This document shows positions 1 through 9,900 of a stretch of DNA of 61,667 bases, one piece after another. The stretch is taken from the IMG/VR virus record IMGVR_UViG_3300005253_000118, positions 1-61,667 of that record; one strand, written 5' to 3'. Numbering within the stretch: position 1 is the stretch's first letter; every line of letters starts with the position of its first letter. The translations under genes were made by a program, and so were the position numbers. The notes beneath the pieces were generated by a model. The model did not search any database, was not told the DNA's origin, and saw only the letters and a list, made by a program, of their open reading frames with translations. This DNA comes from a virus. Taxonomy: Duplodnaviria > Caudoviricetes.

Positions 1-53
1 TCCACATGGCAGGTTGCCAAGCGGAGCATGTCTCTTTCGGTTAGGTTCGACAT
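1..53 (-). CDS. Partial (5' end) endolysin, probably M15-family peptidase
   Basis: Manual translation MSNLTERDMLRLATCHV... resembles the N-terminus of phage M15 endolysins (S.RS..RL.TCH.DL). It follows a small TM gene at the end of the lysis region and runs off the window. Confidence 0.5.
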   Translation of the reverse strand, partial: MSNLTERDMLRLATCHV

Positions 54-199
54 TATTTATACCCAAGTATTTCCTGCCAAATTGGAAACATAATATTAAC
101 AGCGACAAGCAGGGCTGTAAGAATGCAGCAAATTATTACAACTCCAGTCAAATATCTCACCCTTTCAGTTAAGCGTCTTATGTCGCCTTGAAAGCTCAT
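53..199 (-). CDS. Small membrane protein, holin candidate (48 aa, not in ORF track)
   Basis: MSFQGDIRRLTERVRYLTGVVIICCILTALLVAVNIMFPIWQEILGYK: one TM helix; TAATG overlap with the putative endolysin. Confidence 0.45.
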   Translation of the reverse strand: MSFQGDIRRLTERVRYLTGVVIICCILTALLVAVNIMFPIWQEILGYK

Positions 200-205
200 T
201 CAAGT

Positions 206-1009
206 TTATTTCCCTTCTGCAGGCGCTTGAGACGGCGCCGGCAAAAGAGGGATAATCAAAAGCTCGTCTGCAAAACCCATCTCAACAGCCTGCCTCCCGT
301 TGAAAAACCAGTCTTTATTTGCAATTTCAGCATCGATTTTCTCCTTGGTCATATTGCTTCTACTTGCCAAAAATTCATTGGCCATATCCTGCAACATCCG
401 CATAACCAAGGCTTCTTGTTCGCTGCTAGAAGGTGTTATTTTCTTCAAGAACGCCCAATATGCTATCTCGTGCCACATCAAGGTTGCTAAAGGAGAGACA
501 ATGCGTTTGTGTCCAGCAACGAATACCAAAAAGCCGGCAGACATTGCTTGCGTCTGGAGGCGAGTTATAATCTGTATTTTACCTACATACTCACCAATCA
601 CACTGGTAATGGCGTACCCATCGAAGGCAGACCCACCAAACGAATCAACATTAAATATGAGCTTTTTGGTTTTATGTCTGTAAAAATATTCAATGACATC
701 CCGGACATAGGAATCTTCAACATTATCAAAATCATACCAACCAACAGTTTCCCCATCTATGATTTTAAAGATTGCCCCACGAGGAGGATCAAACGCTGAA
801 AAAGGTTCTATTTCTTTCAGCCCCCAGGTAACTTTGCCATCTTTGTCTATTAATGTATGGCACGTTGTACAGTCGGCCACCTTGCCCTTGACTTTGGTGA
901 CAGGACATATGCCTCCATCATCTTTTTTCTCTGCTTCTTCTGCTGCTGGTACAGCTGTAAACACTAAAACAAACGATAGAATGATCAATGTTGTAAATAG
1001 CTTTTTCAT
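206..1009 (-). CDS. ClpP-like (S14) serine protease with N-terminal signal peptide and CxxCH motif
   Basis: Start at MKKLF with RBS AAGGAGAAAGG. Motifs DSFGGS, AMSAG (catalytic Ser), MWHE (His), KDWFF..QAVEMGFADE (Asp). CTTCH follows the signal peptide. Confidence 0.8.
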   Translation of the reverse strand: MKKLFTTLIILSFVLVFTAVPAAEEAEKKDDGGICPVTKVKGKVADCTTCHTLIDKDGKVTWGLKEIEPFSAFDPPRGAIFKIIDGETVGWYDFDNVEDSYVRDVIEYFYRHKTKKLIFNVDSFGGSAFDGYAITSVIGEYVGKIQIITRLQTQAMSAGFLVFVAGHKRIVSPLATLMWHEIAYWAFLKKITPSSSEQEALVMRMLQDMANEFLASRSNMTKEKIDAEIANKDWFFNGRQAVEMGFADELLIIPLLPAPSQAPAEGK

Positions 1010-1023
1010 TTTCCTTTCTCCTT

Positions 1024-1851
1024 TTAAGGTTTGTTTATTATTGCGTCCCATTCAATTGTGCCCGTGATTTGAGTTGCCGGGATGTTGATAATTATGTTGG
1101 CGGTCCTGGAAATAGGTGGTTTGGGCTCGGGGGACTTTCCACCCGGTGCCACATCTTCATAGGTACTGTTGGCATCTGCCATTTTAAATTCATCATGGTA
1201 AATTGTGCGGGGAGCACCGGCGCTCCTGCCTGCTCTGTATACGCCCATTTTGAAATATGGACCGTATTCATCATTATAGCAGTTTGGACCGTTACGATTT
1301 AAAACCTTTACATGGTTTTTCCATATTTGGAGAAAGCCGTCTGATTCGTATGACCACTTGACATGAAATACCCAGTCAGTCCAAACACCTGTTTCATACG
1401 GCCCAAACCCATAATAATTTGATCCTTCTATGTCTGGCACACCACCTGGAGTAGAGTTTGGTTTTGAATCCCAACGAATATTCAATGTCCATCCGGGGTC
1501 AGTTTGCGGATGAGCGGTATATAATGTCAGTGGGGCACCTTGTCCATGGAAATCCTCCCCAATATCAAAATCAGGCCGTCCATGCCAATTAGCAACTGAT
1601 TCCCATGCTGAATTAACTTCAAAAGGTTCCGGCAAGAAAATACTGAACCCATACCAGTACTCATTCCCAACTGCATTTATCTTGCTGACCATCTTCGCCT
1701 CTGCACGGGTTTCTCCTTGCTCTAATTGGGATTGCATGCAATGAGTTCCGATCCTGGCCAATTTAGATGTCGCTGTTGGAGAGATACCTAATGGTCTAAG
1801 ACCCCCCAGGTTCCCGTCTTCAAAATTTTCTTCAAATAATAATATCGCCAT
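1024..1851 (-). CDS. Polysaccharide lyase-like (beta-jelly-roll) protein
   Basis: EYWYGFSIFLP, WH, WTDWVFHVKWS, GFLQIWKN, GPYFKMGVYR and IYHDE motifs typical of the Polysacc_lyase/heparin lyase I-like family. Confidence 0.75.
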   Translation of the reverse strand: MAILLFEENFEDGNLGGLRPLGISPTATSKLARIGTHCMQSQLEQGETRAEAKMVSKINAVGNEYWYGFSIFLPEPFEVNSAWESVANWHGRPDFDIGEDFHGQGAPLTLYTAHPQTDPGWTLNIRWDSKPNSTPGGVPDIEGSNYYGFGPYETGVWTDWVFHVKWSYESDGFLQIWKNHVKVLNRNGPNCYNDEYGPYFKMGVYRAGRSAGAPRTIYHDEFKMADANSTYEDVAPGGKSPEPKPPISRTANIIINIPATQITGTIEWDAIINKP

Positions 1852-1853
1852 TC

Positions 1854-2141
1854 TTACCTCCTATCACGCTCCGCGCGCCCGTTCAGATGTTTTAACTCTC
1901 CTTTAATTTCACTAACGCTTTTCTGGATATCAATCAGGGTACCAAAGGTTTTCCCTTGTTGGAGAGCTACCTGTTCTTGCCGTCGACCAATACCCTCCCC
2001 AAAATAGATAGCTATGATTAACAAGCCTCCTATAATAGAAAAAAACACAAGAAGAGAAACCTTTTTGCCTATTGCTAGCCACACCTTCTCCAACTTGTCA
2101 TCAACCACCGGGCACGGAACATCACAGATTTTATCTGGCAT
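1854..2141 (-). CDS. Single-TM membrane protein (lysis region)
   Basis: Hydrophobic VSLLVFFSIIGGLLIIAIYF plus short coiled coil. Confidence 0.5.
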   Translation of the reverse strand: MPDKICDVPCPVVDDKLEKVWLAIGKKVSLLVFFSIIGGLLIIAIYFGEGIGRRQEQVALQQGKTFGTLIDIQKSVSEIKGELKHLNGRAERDRR

Positions 2142-2701
2142 TATGACACCCTCTTAAAAACCATCTTCCCAAAACTTATGCTTTTTGTGTTCCCTGGAAC
2201 GCAGACAATATAATCTCCTGCGATCAGATTCACCGTAGCGATAATCACACTTGTGTAGTTAGATTTTGCAGCATACTGAGAAACTGCCTTGAGATCTACA
2301 GTAAGTGCCCCGGACACAAGTCGAACATCACACGCCTTCTTGGCTCTGTTCTTGGTCTTTCGGAAGTACCACCTAATCTTATACTTCCCGGTCAATTTCG
2401 GGAGATACCAGACATGACCCCTACCACCATTCACATACTTTGTGTTGTAGACGTAGCGCTTATCACTTCCGGGCCAATATCCAAAGGCAACTGCTCCGAA
2501 ACGCCTAAACTGTGGGTTGTCCCCAGAAGGGCTAAACTTGGTTGACTTTTCCTTCCCAGTGAACTTGTCTACCCAGATGGTATGGGTTTTAGGGCCAATC
2601 GGACCCGGCTTAGGTGGTTCCGGTGTTACTCCTGGAACCTTTTGCAGGATCTCCCAACCACACTTAATGCACTTTCCAATAACCTTATTTTGTATCGCCA
2701 T
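2141..2701 (-). CDS. Basic protein with possible golvesin/xanthan-lyase CBM-like C-terminal domain
   Basis: W.LPKLTGKYKIRWYF....NRA pattern resembles golvesin C-terminal domains; N-terminal CxxC and Pro-rich linker. Confidence 0.4.
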   Translation of the reverse strand: MAIQNKVIGKCIKCGWEILQKVPGVTPEPPKPGPIGPKTHTIWVDKFTGKEKSTKFSPSGDNPQFRRFGAVAFGYWPGSDKRYVYNTKYVNGGRGHVWYLPKLTGKYKIRWYFRKTKNRAKKACDVRLVSGALTVDLKAVSQYAAKSNYTSVIIATVNLIAGDYIVCVPGNTKSISFGKMVFKRVS

Positions 2702-2720
2702 TTCTTACTCCTTTATCGGC

Positions 2721-2885
2721 TTAGAATGGGAGCATTGAGAAGTCCCCTAAAATCTCAGTACTCATACATTCAGTTGTCACCGTTCCCACTTCCTTACACT
2801 GTCTAATGCTTATCCGCTGTGGACCGGCACAGGCTATAAGGGTAAAAGTAAGCATGATTAATACGATCATCAGTTTCTTTTTCAT
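2721..2885 (-). CDS. Small lipoprotein, o-spanin candidate (54 aa, not in ORF track)
   Basis: MKKKLMIVLIMLTFTLIAC (lipobox LIAC) AGPQRISIRQCKEVGTVTTECMSTEILGDFSMLPF; ATGA overlap with the upstream coiled-coil gene. Confidence 0.6.
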   Translation of the reverse strand: MKKKLMIVLIMLTFTLIACAGPQRISIRQCKEVGTVTTECMSTEILGDFSMLPF

Positions 2886-3409
2886 TCTTCCTCTCCTTTC
2901 AATTCCAGTTGTGCAATCTTGGCATTGGCCTGTTTGATTTTTTCTTCAAGCTCTATCTTCTCAGTCATCAATTCCTGGGATTGAATCAGCAAAACGCCGT
3001 ATTTTTGATTCAGCTTTTCCAGGTTGCTCGCAAGATGTACAATTTCATCGTTAGATTGCCCGAGCTTTTCCTCATACTCCTTTACCTTCTTGCTCGATTG
3101 CTCATTAGCCGCCTTCAATTCCCCCATCAATCCCACCTTCTCAGCCGTTAGCTTTTGGGCTTGTTTCAACAACAAATCATATGTCTTTTGAAGTTTTTTG
3201 AGCTTATCCTCAACATTTAGCACACCTATTCGGGCCTGATGCCATAAACGCTCATAGGCATTCACCGTCTCTTCCAACTTTTCAATCTTCTGCTCTGGTG
3301 TGAGCGGCTTTTGCTCTTGGCCCCATCCCACTTTCGCAATGGCCACTATCACCAGAAATGCACCTATGACCATCATCATCCACAAGTTTTCTCGTAAGAT
3401 TCTCCGCAT
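2882..3409 (-). CDS. N-terminal TM plus long coiled coil, i-spanin candidate
   Basis: TM helix followed by heptad-rich region; directly upstream of a lipoprotein gene. Confidence 0.55.
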   Translation of the reverse strand: MRRILRENLWMMMVIGAFLVIVAIAKVGWGQEQKPLTPEQKIEKLEETVNAYERLWHQARIGVLNVEDKLKKLQKTYDLLLKQAQKLTAEKVGLMGELKAANEQSSKKVKEYEEKLGQSNDEIVHLASNLEKLNQKYGVLLIQSQELMTEKIELEEKIKQANAKIAQLELKGEEE

Positions 3410-3443
3410 GATTTGCCTCCTTTTGTTTAAAGTTGCTTAAAAA

Positions 3444-3472
3444 CCCTTATCACAACCCAATAGATATGTCAA
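3444..3472 (-). promoter_or_regulatory. Putative promoter for lysis cassette
   Basis: TTGACA-N17-TAAGGG with TG upstream of the -10 box; same pattern at 46053-46081. Confidence 0.45.
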
Positions 3473-3490
3473 ACCGTATCTTTTTTTGGT

Positions 3491-3802
3491 TTATGGGCTT
3501 ATTTCTATCGGGATATCGTCATCCCTAGTCTCAACGTATCCGCCAGCATCCAGAGCAGCGCTTCGATCCTGATTTCTTTTGTAGGCCCCAACTATATTCC
3601 GCAACCAAGTTCTTATCTGGGTTTCAGCCCATTTTATTTGGCCAATCCCATCCGGTTTAGGCCACCGGGAATTTATAGCCGCAATGGTAACATCAACCCA
3701 GGCATCCGGGACCGTAATTTTCAACTCCACATCAGCCGCCCGTGAACCTGCAACGAACGACAAAGACAAAACAATCATTGCTATCATAAATAACTTTTTC
3801 AT
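3491..3802 (-). CDS. Hypothetical protein with signal peptide
   Basis: MKKLFMIAMIVLSLSFVAGSRA; good RBS. Confidence 0.6.
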   Translation of the reverse strand: MKKLFMIAMIVLSLSFVAGSRAADVELKITVPDAWVDVTIAAINSRWPKPDGIGQIKWAETQIRTWLRNIVGAYKRNQDRSAALDAGGYVETRDDDIPIEISP

Positions 3803-3812
3803 AATTTCTCCC

Positions 3813-5399
3813 TTAAAATCCAGTTGCGTAAACTCTATAAGTTATCCTTATGTCTACTTCACCACCACCGTCAGCAGTTTCGCCTGTCCCGGTATTGAAT
3901 ATTTGTAGACCTTGATTAATAGAGGCCTCTAAATCAGCACCCGCAGCTAAGGAATTCGGGTAATACCGAACCTCATCATCAGCTTGGTCAAGAAACGCAG
4001 TCGATTCAATGCTGGCCGTGGTATCCGTACCGTCCGCGTACTCAATAACAAAGTCCTCGTCAGCCCCTACGGTAAAAGCCGCTGACGCATAATCGTAGGT
4101 AATCATGGCAGAAACGAGTTTTATTATCGTGTTCGCGCCTTGGGCTGGTACAATTATAATTGGTGTCGCACGGAGAGCATTGACTTGGGCAGTCGTGAGA
4201 GTCATAACGGTTGCATTGAGCTTTGAACCATTCAGATCAACATCACCATAGGTGTTGATGGTAATCTCCATATTATAACTGGTAAAAGCCACACCCACGG
4301 ATGAGTAAGCCACAATACTCCCACCTCTTGATGCCGATAATGTCGCTGTTGTGGTAGACCCCACCGCCAGAACGTAATAGTTTGTGGAGGGGGAAAGATT
4401 GCCGCACAATGTACCTCCACCGGCAGCCACCTGTACCACATCATCTACGGCTAGACCATGAGCAGCAACAGTCTTTAACTCTACACCACTGTTGTCCTGG
4501 CAGACCGTAGCGTCCGTCTCGATTGTCCGGGAGGCTTCGGTTAGACGTTGGGCTTCAACCCCTCCGGCGATGAGGGAGAGGGCATCTCCGCCGGAATAAC
4601 CCATGCCGGTGTTAACATCATTTCTTTGTGATATTATAGTTGGATTACTTGCTGATGCTACTTCATTGAGCAATGCGGGACCAGTCCCCATTATGGCATC
4701 AACTAATCTACCCGAGGTTGTTTGCCAAATAGCTGTCCCATTAATGACTGTTATTAATGTATTATTGTTCGGTGCATACATGCCTGACTTCCCACTTCCG
4801 AACGCCCAAGTCGGTGTCACAGCGTCATTCTGCACCGGCAAAACAATCCTCGGTTCCCCACTTCCAGATCCGGATTCGATTATCAGAGGATCATTTATAT
4901 AGGTTATGCTCGCCGCTGAGATAGCCCCGGAGCTTGCATTCCGATCCAGGGTCACGGTCGTGTCAACCACCACCGATGCAACCCAGTAGGTTCCGACAGT
5001 GGCATTGGTCCCAGAATTGATAATAACCGCATCTCCTTCAGCCACACCATTGGTAGTGGCGACGGTCAGGACGGTTGGATTAGCGTCTGTTCCGGTGACA
5101 CCAGTTACTGTGGCTAAGACGTCTCCACCGAATATGACAGGTCTACCGGCAGCAAGGACGGCGTGGATTAGGCCGGCGGGAGTTGACGTCTCAAACCCTA
5201 CATTGCAGTTAATGAAATTAGCCTCATCAATTGTCTGGTCATCGAACTCTAGGTAGCAACCACTTGGGAGGAGGCCGATTTTACCGTCATCACTCATTTT
5301 AAACTTCTTGGAACTCGCCCCAAACGGCCCAAATCCCAAAGCAATCGAAGGGATTAAAACCAGAGCAAGTAGTATACTTAATATTTTAATTCGTTTCAT
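3813..5399 (-). CDS. Tail fibre/virion structural protein
   Basis: G/T/A/S-rich beta-strand composition; AHGL..DD.V...TNYYV repeats (FCCH-like small beta domains); DTG....GD.LSLIAGGVE fibre motif. Confidence 0.6.
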   Translation of the reverse strand: MKRIKILSILLALVLIPSIALGFGPFGASSKKFKMSDDGKIGLLPSGCYLEFDDQTIDEANFINCNVGFETSTPAGLIHAVLAAGRPVIFGGDVLATVTGVTGTDANPTVLTVATTNGVAEGDAVIINSGTNATVGTYWVASVVVDTTVTLDRNASSGAISAASITYINDPLIIESGSGSGEPRIVLPVQNDAVTPTWAFGSGKSGMYAPNNNTLITVINGTAIWQTTSGRLVDAIMGTGPALLNEVASASNPTIISQRNDVNTGMGYSGGDALSLIAGGVEAQRLTEASRTIETDATVCQDNSGVELKTVAAHGLAVDDVVQVAAGGGTLCGNLSPSTNYYVLAVGSTTTATLSASRGGSIVAYSSVGVAFTSYNMEITINTYGDVDLNGSKLNATVMTLTTAQVNALRATPIIIVPAQGANTIIKLVSAMITYDYASAAFTVGADEDFVIEYADGTDTTASIESTAFLDQADDEVRYYPNSLAAGADLEASINQGLQIFNTGTGETADGGGEVDIRITYRVYATGF

Positions 5400-5409
5400 A
5401 GTTTCTCCC

Positions 5410-5865
5410 TTACATCGTGTTGGGCACGAATAGTAATGTGACTATCAATATCGCACTATTAACCGCATTGTTTGTTATTGTAAGAATGTAATCTCCCACG
5501 ACCGGCTGGAGAGACGGCACCCCATCAATCATTGCATAGGACTGTTTGCTATCGGTATTGTGTATCAAGTCCGTTCCGTTACCGTCCAGGACATCAATTC
5601 CATGTTTGTCAGTAATCGTTAGGTCGGACGATACCGTTGGAGCCGTGGCTCCGGGGTTTACGATAATTTTATGTAGAAACCATCCTTGAATTAACTTTGT
5701 GAACGATGTGCTGTTACCAGGCGCTCCCTCTATGGTTCCAGTATTCGCTACTGGGAATGAAGCATCAGCTACATCAGCTATGCATGTAAATCTTAACTCC
5801 TTAATCGTTAATCCTCGTCCGGGTATTCCATGATTCTCAATACTTAGTTCTATTGTGCCTGCCAT
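5410..5865 (-). CDS. Putative virion structural protein
   Basis: Beta-rich, located in the structural module, good RBS. Confidence 0.5.
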   Translation of the reverse strand: MAGTIELSIENHGIPGRGLTIKELRFTCIADVADASFPVANTGTIEGAPGNSTSFTKLIQGWFLHKIIVNPGATAPTVSSDLTITDKHGIDVLDGNGTDLIHNTDSKQSYAMIDGVPSLQPVVGDYILTITNNAVNSAILIVTLLFVPNTM

Positions 5866-5941
5866 GTGCTATCTCCTTGTGTTCCAGCTTGGCTGTGGGT
5901 GGACTATTGCCATATCAGCCCACCCGATTATGATTTATTCC

Positions 5942-6529
5942 TTAAATGGCCACTTCTTCCCACATAAATGCGAAAAACAAAAACGCGCCAGATGCTAATA
6001 TACTATCGGTAGATATAATTCGGCCTGGAGCCAGAATGATACTCCCACCAAGATCAACCGGAGGGGTATTCGTCAATAAATCAGTCGTGAGATTCGTTCC
6101 GATCGTTGCAATGTGCTTTACAATAACAAGGGCTGACCCTGTAATTGTTGCCGCAGTATCCGCGATTGCCACTGATGTTTTATACGCATGACGAGTGCAA
6201 TACACGGTTAAATCGGCAGCATATCCAGAATGAACTGGGCCTACAGCAAGCGAAAGGTTAAGGTCTGCAGACGGGCTGTTATCAAGCGCCCAGCTAAATT
6301 CATGCATAATGTAACGCTTCCCGCTCGTCGCAGGATTAACAATTGCAAGACCTGTGAAAGTATTGTTCTTGGTTGTCGAAGTCCCAACATGTGTTTGTGT
6401 TGAAGCATAGAATAACCTACCTGCCATTGCCGCTTCGGCATATTTCCCACCAGTCGGAACCACTACTAGCTTACGATCATCCGTAATTAACGGGGCTTTT
6501 CCTACGCCCTCTGAAGTTTTTCCGTACAT
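5942..6529 (-). CDS. Putative virion structural protein
   Basis: Beta-rich; NPA.SGK and W.EV terminal motifs common in phage virion proteins. Confidence 0.5.
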   Translation of the reverse strand: MYGKTSEGVGKAPLITDDRKLVVVPTGGKYAEAAMAGRLFYASTQTHVGTSTTKNNTFTGLAIVNPATSGKRYIMHEFSWALDNSPSADLNLSLAVGPVHSGYAADLTVYCTRHAYKTSVAIADTAATITGSALVIVKHIATIGTNLTTDLLTNTPPVDLGGSIILAPGRIISTDSILASGAFLFFAFMWEEVAI

Positions 6530-6558
6530 AATAAGCTTCTCCTCTTCTTAATCTTAAA

Positions 6559-6786
6559 TTAAACTTCGCCCAATGCGTGTTTCCGTCTCAAGTCATCTTC
6601 CCACATACCGTCGTGATAAACGAACTCCTCTCCTGTGTCTACAAAATGGAGGGTTGACCCATCCGGGTATAAACTGATATCGCCTTTAAGTGGCTTTTCA
6701 TCAGATGAAATTCCTGAAAACCGTTGCTTTCCTCCACCGGGTCCACCGCCTACAAATCCTATTGGCATAATTCGCTTAATCGCCAT
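6559..6786 (-). CDS. Small virion protein
   Basis: G.S.D.KP...GS.....DTGE.F.Y....W motif typical of small phage structural domains. Confidence 0.55.
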   Translation of the reverse strand: MAIKRIMPIGFVGGGPGGGKQRFSGISSDEKPLKGDISLYPDGSTLHFVDTGEEFVYHDGMWEDDLRRKHALGEV

Positions 6787-6802
6787 TGTCTCACCCCCTT
6801 TA

Positions 6803-6916
6803 CTTAGTCTTAGCCTTAATCTTGGTCTTAATTATGGTAGGGTAAGGCCAAGGAACAGAGCGTTAGGCGATTCTGCAACCTTTCCGATATATCGGCCCGC
6901 TGTATTGACCTTACCC
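6803..6916 (-). repeat. Five tandem hexamers plus a 12-bp-closed stem-loop in an intergenic region
   Basis: CTTAGT CTTAGC CTTAAT CTTGGT CTTAAT at 6803-6832; GGGTAAGGCCAA (6840-6851) pairs with TTGACCTTACCC (6905-6916). Confidence 0.6.
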
Positions 6917-6920
6917 GAAC

Positions 6921-9900
6921 TTATGCTGCTCTTTTAAAGCGCCGGCTTAATCGCTCGGCCTGTAATTTGCTTCGAGCCTTCCTTGAAATTGTTGAGAAAC
7001 TGATAATATCATCCAACCTACCAGCTTCCCGTTGTCGCTTATTGTAATCACGGATTTTGATTCTTAGTTTGAGCATTAAGCCGCTCTTTCCGAAACCCAC
7101 AATAAACTCATCAACAAACTCGTCAATCGTTCGCCTCTTGCTTGGATATGTTGACTTGGTATGCAAGCCAAGGCTTCTGCCAATAGCGTCAAAACCTTCA
7201 ATCTCTCCCTGCATCCAGCCTAAAAGGTTTTGTACCTGAACCGGTTGCATGCCTCTCATTTGCGTAAGAGCGTATGATAGGTACTGCCTGGGTGCAATCG
7301 GGCCGGTCTTTCCACCGAAAGCCGTTACCTTCCCGCCAAGTTTACCGCCCTTGGGTTGTCCTCTACGCCTGCCTGTGAGATACAGCCCCTTATCATCAAC
7401 ACCCAACATCTCAGGAAGGGTTGTAAATCCATGCCCCCTCCAATCAGTTCCAGCCATTGCTTCGTGAAATGTACGGTAGAGAACCGAGCCCTTGTGATGT
7501 GCCGAACGTACAGGGTGAGTTATAAACTTCATCGGGTCTTGGAAATGTCCGAATAGGCTGAAATATTTTCTCGCTTCCGTCTTGCCGCCCATCAGTTTAT
7601 AGATAGGTGTAATGTCAACGCCAAGCCATTTAAAATTACCGGCTTTCCAAGCCTTCCTGAATCGCTCTATGTTATCCTCATCATCACCGACTGCCATGAG
7701 CATGTTGGCGAGAATGGTGGCTGTGATGCCCTTGGTAAGCACGGAGGCCCAAAACCTGCGGTATAACGCCCGTTCTTCTTTACCGCCCCTCCCAACCATC
7801 TTCACCATTGTACGCACGTTCGATTCGGTCCAATCGGGTGCCAAGGCAAGAAGTCTAAATATGTGCTGTCTTGTCGGATCGCGCTCCATCCGTTCAAGGT
7901 TTAGTCCACCAAAGTCGTCATTAATAAGGTTCGATACCATCTTGGCACGCTCGGCTTCTCCCATCTCCGGGTGTCGTTTTAGAGCGTTCCGGTATTCAAT
8001 CAAGGCAGCCTGGGCCTTTAACCCCGCCCCGAAATTACCAAACAGAAAGTCAGCCTGTCGCTCTCTTAATTCGTTAACCTTATCTTTGACGGCCTTAGAC
8101 GCTTTAGTCTTATCCATAATCTTACCAAAGATAGTGTCCTCATTCCTGAGTATGGATTCCTCCCAATCCTGTACCTTGAATAGCGTTAAGCCGTTTCTAA
8201 CAAGCAAGGTGATGGTCGGGTTCAAGTCTTCAATGGCTTGCAATCCTTCCTTACGGGCCTGGTTGATGTTCCATTCCTTGAGAGTTTTACCCGTTGTCCC
8301 AAGGATGTATGAACGCATAAAAGCCAAGTGATGAAAGAACGATGTCTGTAATATCCAAGCCTTTATCAAGGCATTGTATTTCGTAGCGGTATCAATACCC
8401 TTTAACCCCTTGAGCCTTGATTGCCCTAAAATTCGGTTGAGGGATTTAGCTACTTCTGCAGGTGCATATAGCGGTACACGTTCCCACCCTATACCTCGTT
8501 CCTGTGTTTTGGCTTTCTTTAGGCTCAATAACCTGGCATGGAGGGCTGCAAGTCGTTTCTCTGCTTTCGGGACTGTCCCTTCTATCGTGCGCTGTACTTC
8601 AACTATTTTATTTTTAAGCCACGCCTGGGCTTCTTCTGGTGATTCAAACCCTGCTTTATGCGCGTTCTTTCTACCAGGGCTTACCAGCGCGTAGGTTTTC
8701 TCTATCCATGCGTTCCTACCGAGTTTATGTACCTTCCCCTCCTCGTCTGTATAGCTGTCTCTTGTAAAGCCGCCTTTTGTGGTTAAAAACCGATGGACTT
8801 TTGTCATATTGGGGTGTTCCAGCTTGACATAACCGGCAAGGTGGGATTTATCAGTCAACATCATCTCACCCGTGTCTTTCCATTCGGTTTCCAGAGCCAC
8901 CTTCTGCATGGCGGCGTCTTCCATTGTACGGGCAATCTCGTCTTTGTATGTTTGAAGATTCGTAGTCGCACCGTGAACCTGTAACTGGAATAGGTGCTCA
9001 CCAGCTTTATTCTTTAACGCCATACCCTCAAGTATGGTTTCGAACACTCGATGTTTCCGGTGTCGGGTTTTAACCCCGAACTTACGCATAGCTTCCGCAG
9101 CGAAACGATCCTCTTTCTTTAACGCTTTCCACGCACGGGAGACATAGTTATCAAGCATATTATGGATTAACCCTTGTCCGTAAGCCTTCTGCCCTATCTT
9201 CTCGTACTCTGCGCTGATATCGTCGGCTATTGCTTTAATCTCAGGCATAGTGTCGATCTTCTTGGCAATATCGGCTATCATCTTGTCTTCTTCGGTTAAA
9301 TCCTGATAATACATATCATAGTGCTCAGGGTTGCGTTTCAAATCAAGATAGATATGAATTGCAGAATCAATATCTTTGGCTGCCCGGTCATACCGCTTTT
9401 TGCCCAACGCTTTTATTATGCGTTTCTGTAGCCTGCGGGCTTGAACAGCGTTTCTGTATAACTCAACGTGCTTCTTTCCCAACCACCAATCCTTGATATT
9501 AGCGAACGCTGGGTCTTGCTCTGCTTTCTTAGGTAGAATCTTGTCAATAAGGCTCTGCTTCCGGGGCTCCTGAATCTCCTCGCCAATATCCTCGACTTTG
9601 TATTGAGGCGCAAGCCCACCCTTTTGGGTTACAGCCTGTCTCCCCATGATCTTCCCAGACTCGATATCTTTAACAATCCCTCTCGCTGTCCGGATCCCGA
9701 ATACATTCACAACGGCGTCCAGAAAATCCGCTATCTTCTTGAGTATCTTCTTAATGCCGAAGTTCTGTACATCACGGGTAAGAAAGGCTCTTTCAATGTA
9801 CTCAGCCCTTGCCTCCGAACTCGGTTTCTTGCCCTGTTTGAGAATCGCTTTGTTCAGTACGGCAACATCAACAGTATTGATAAGATTATTAGCCTCAAAG

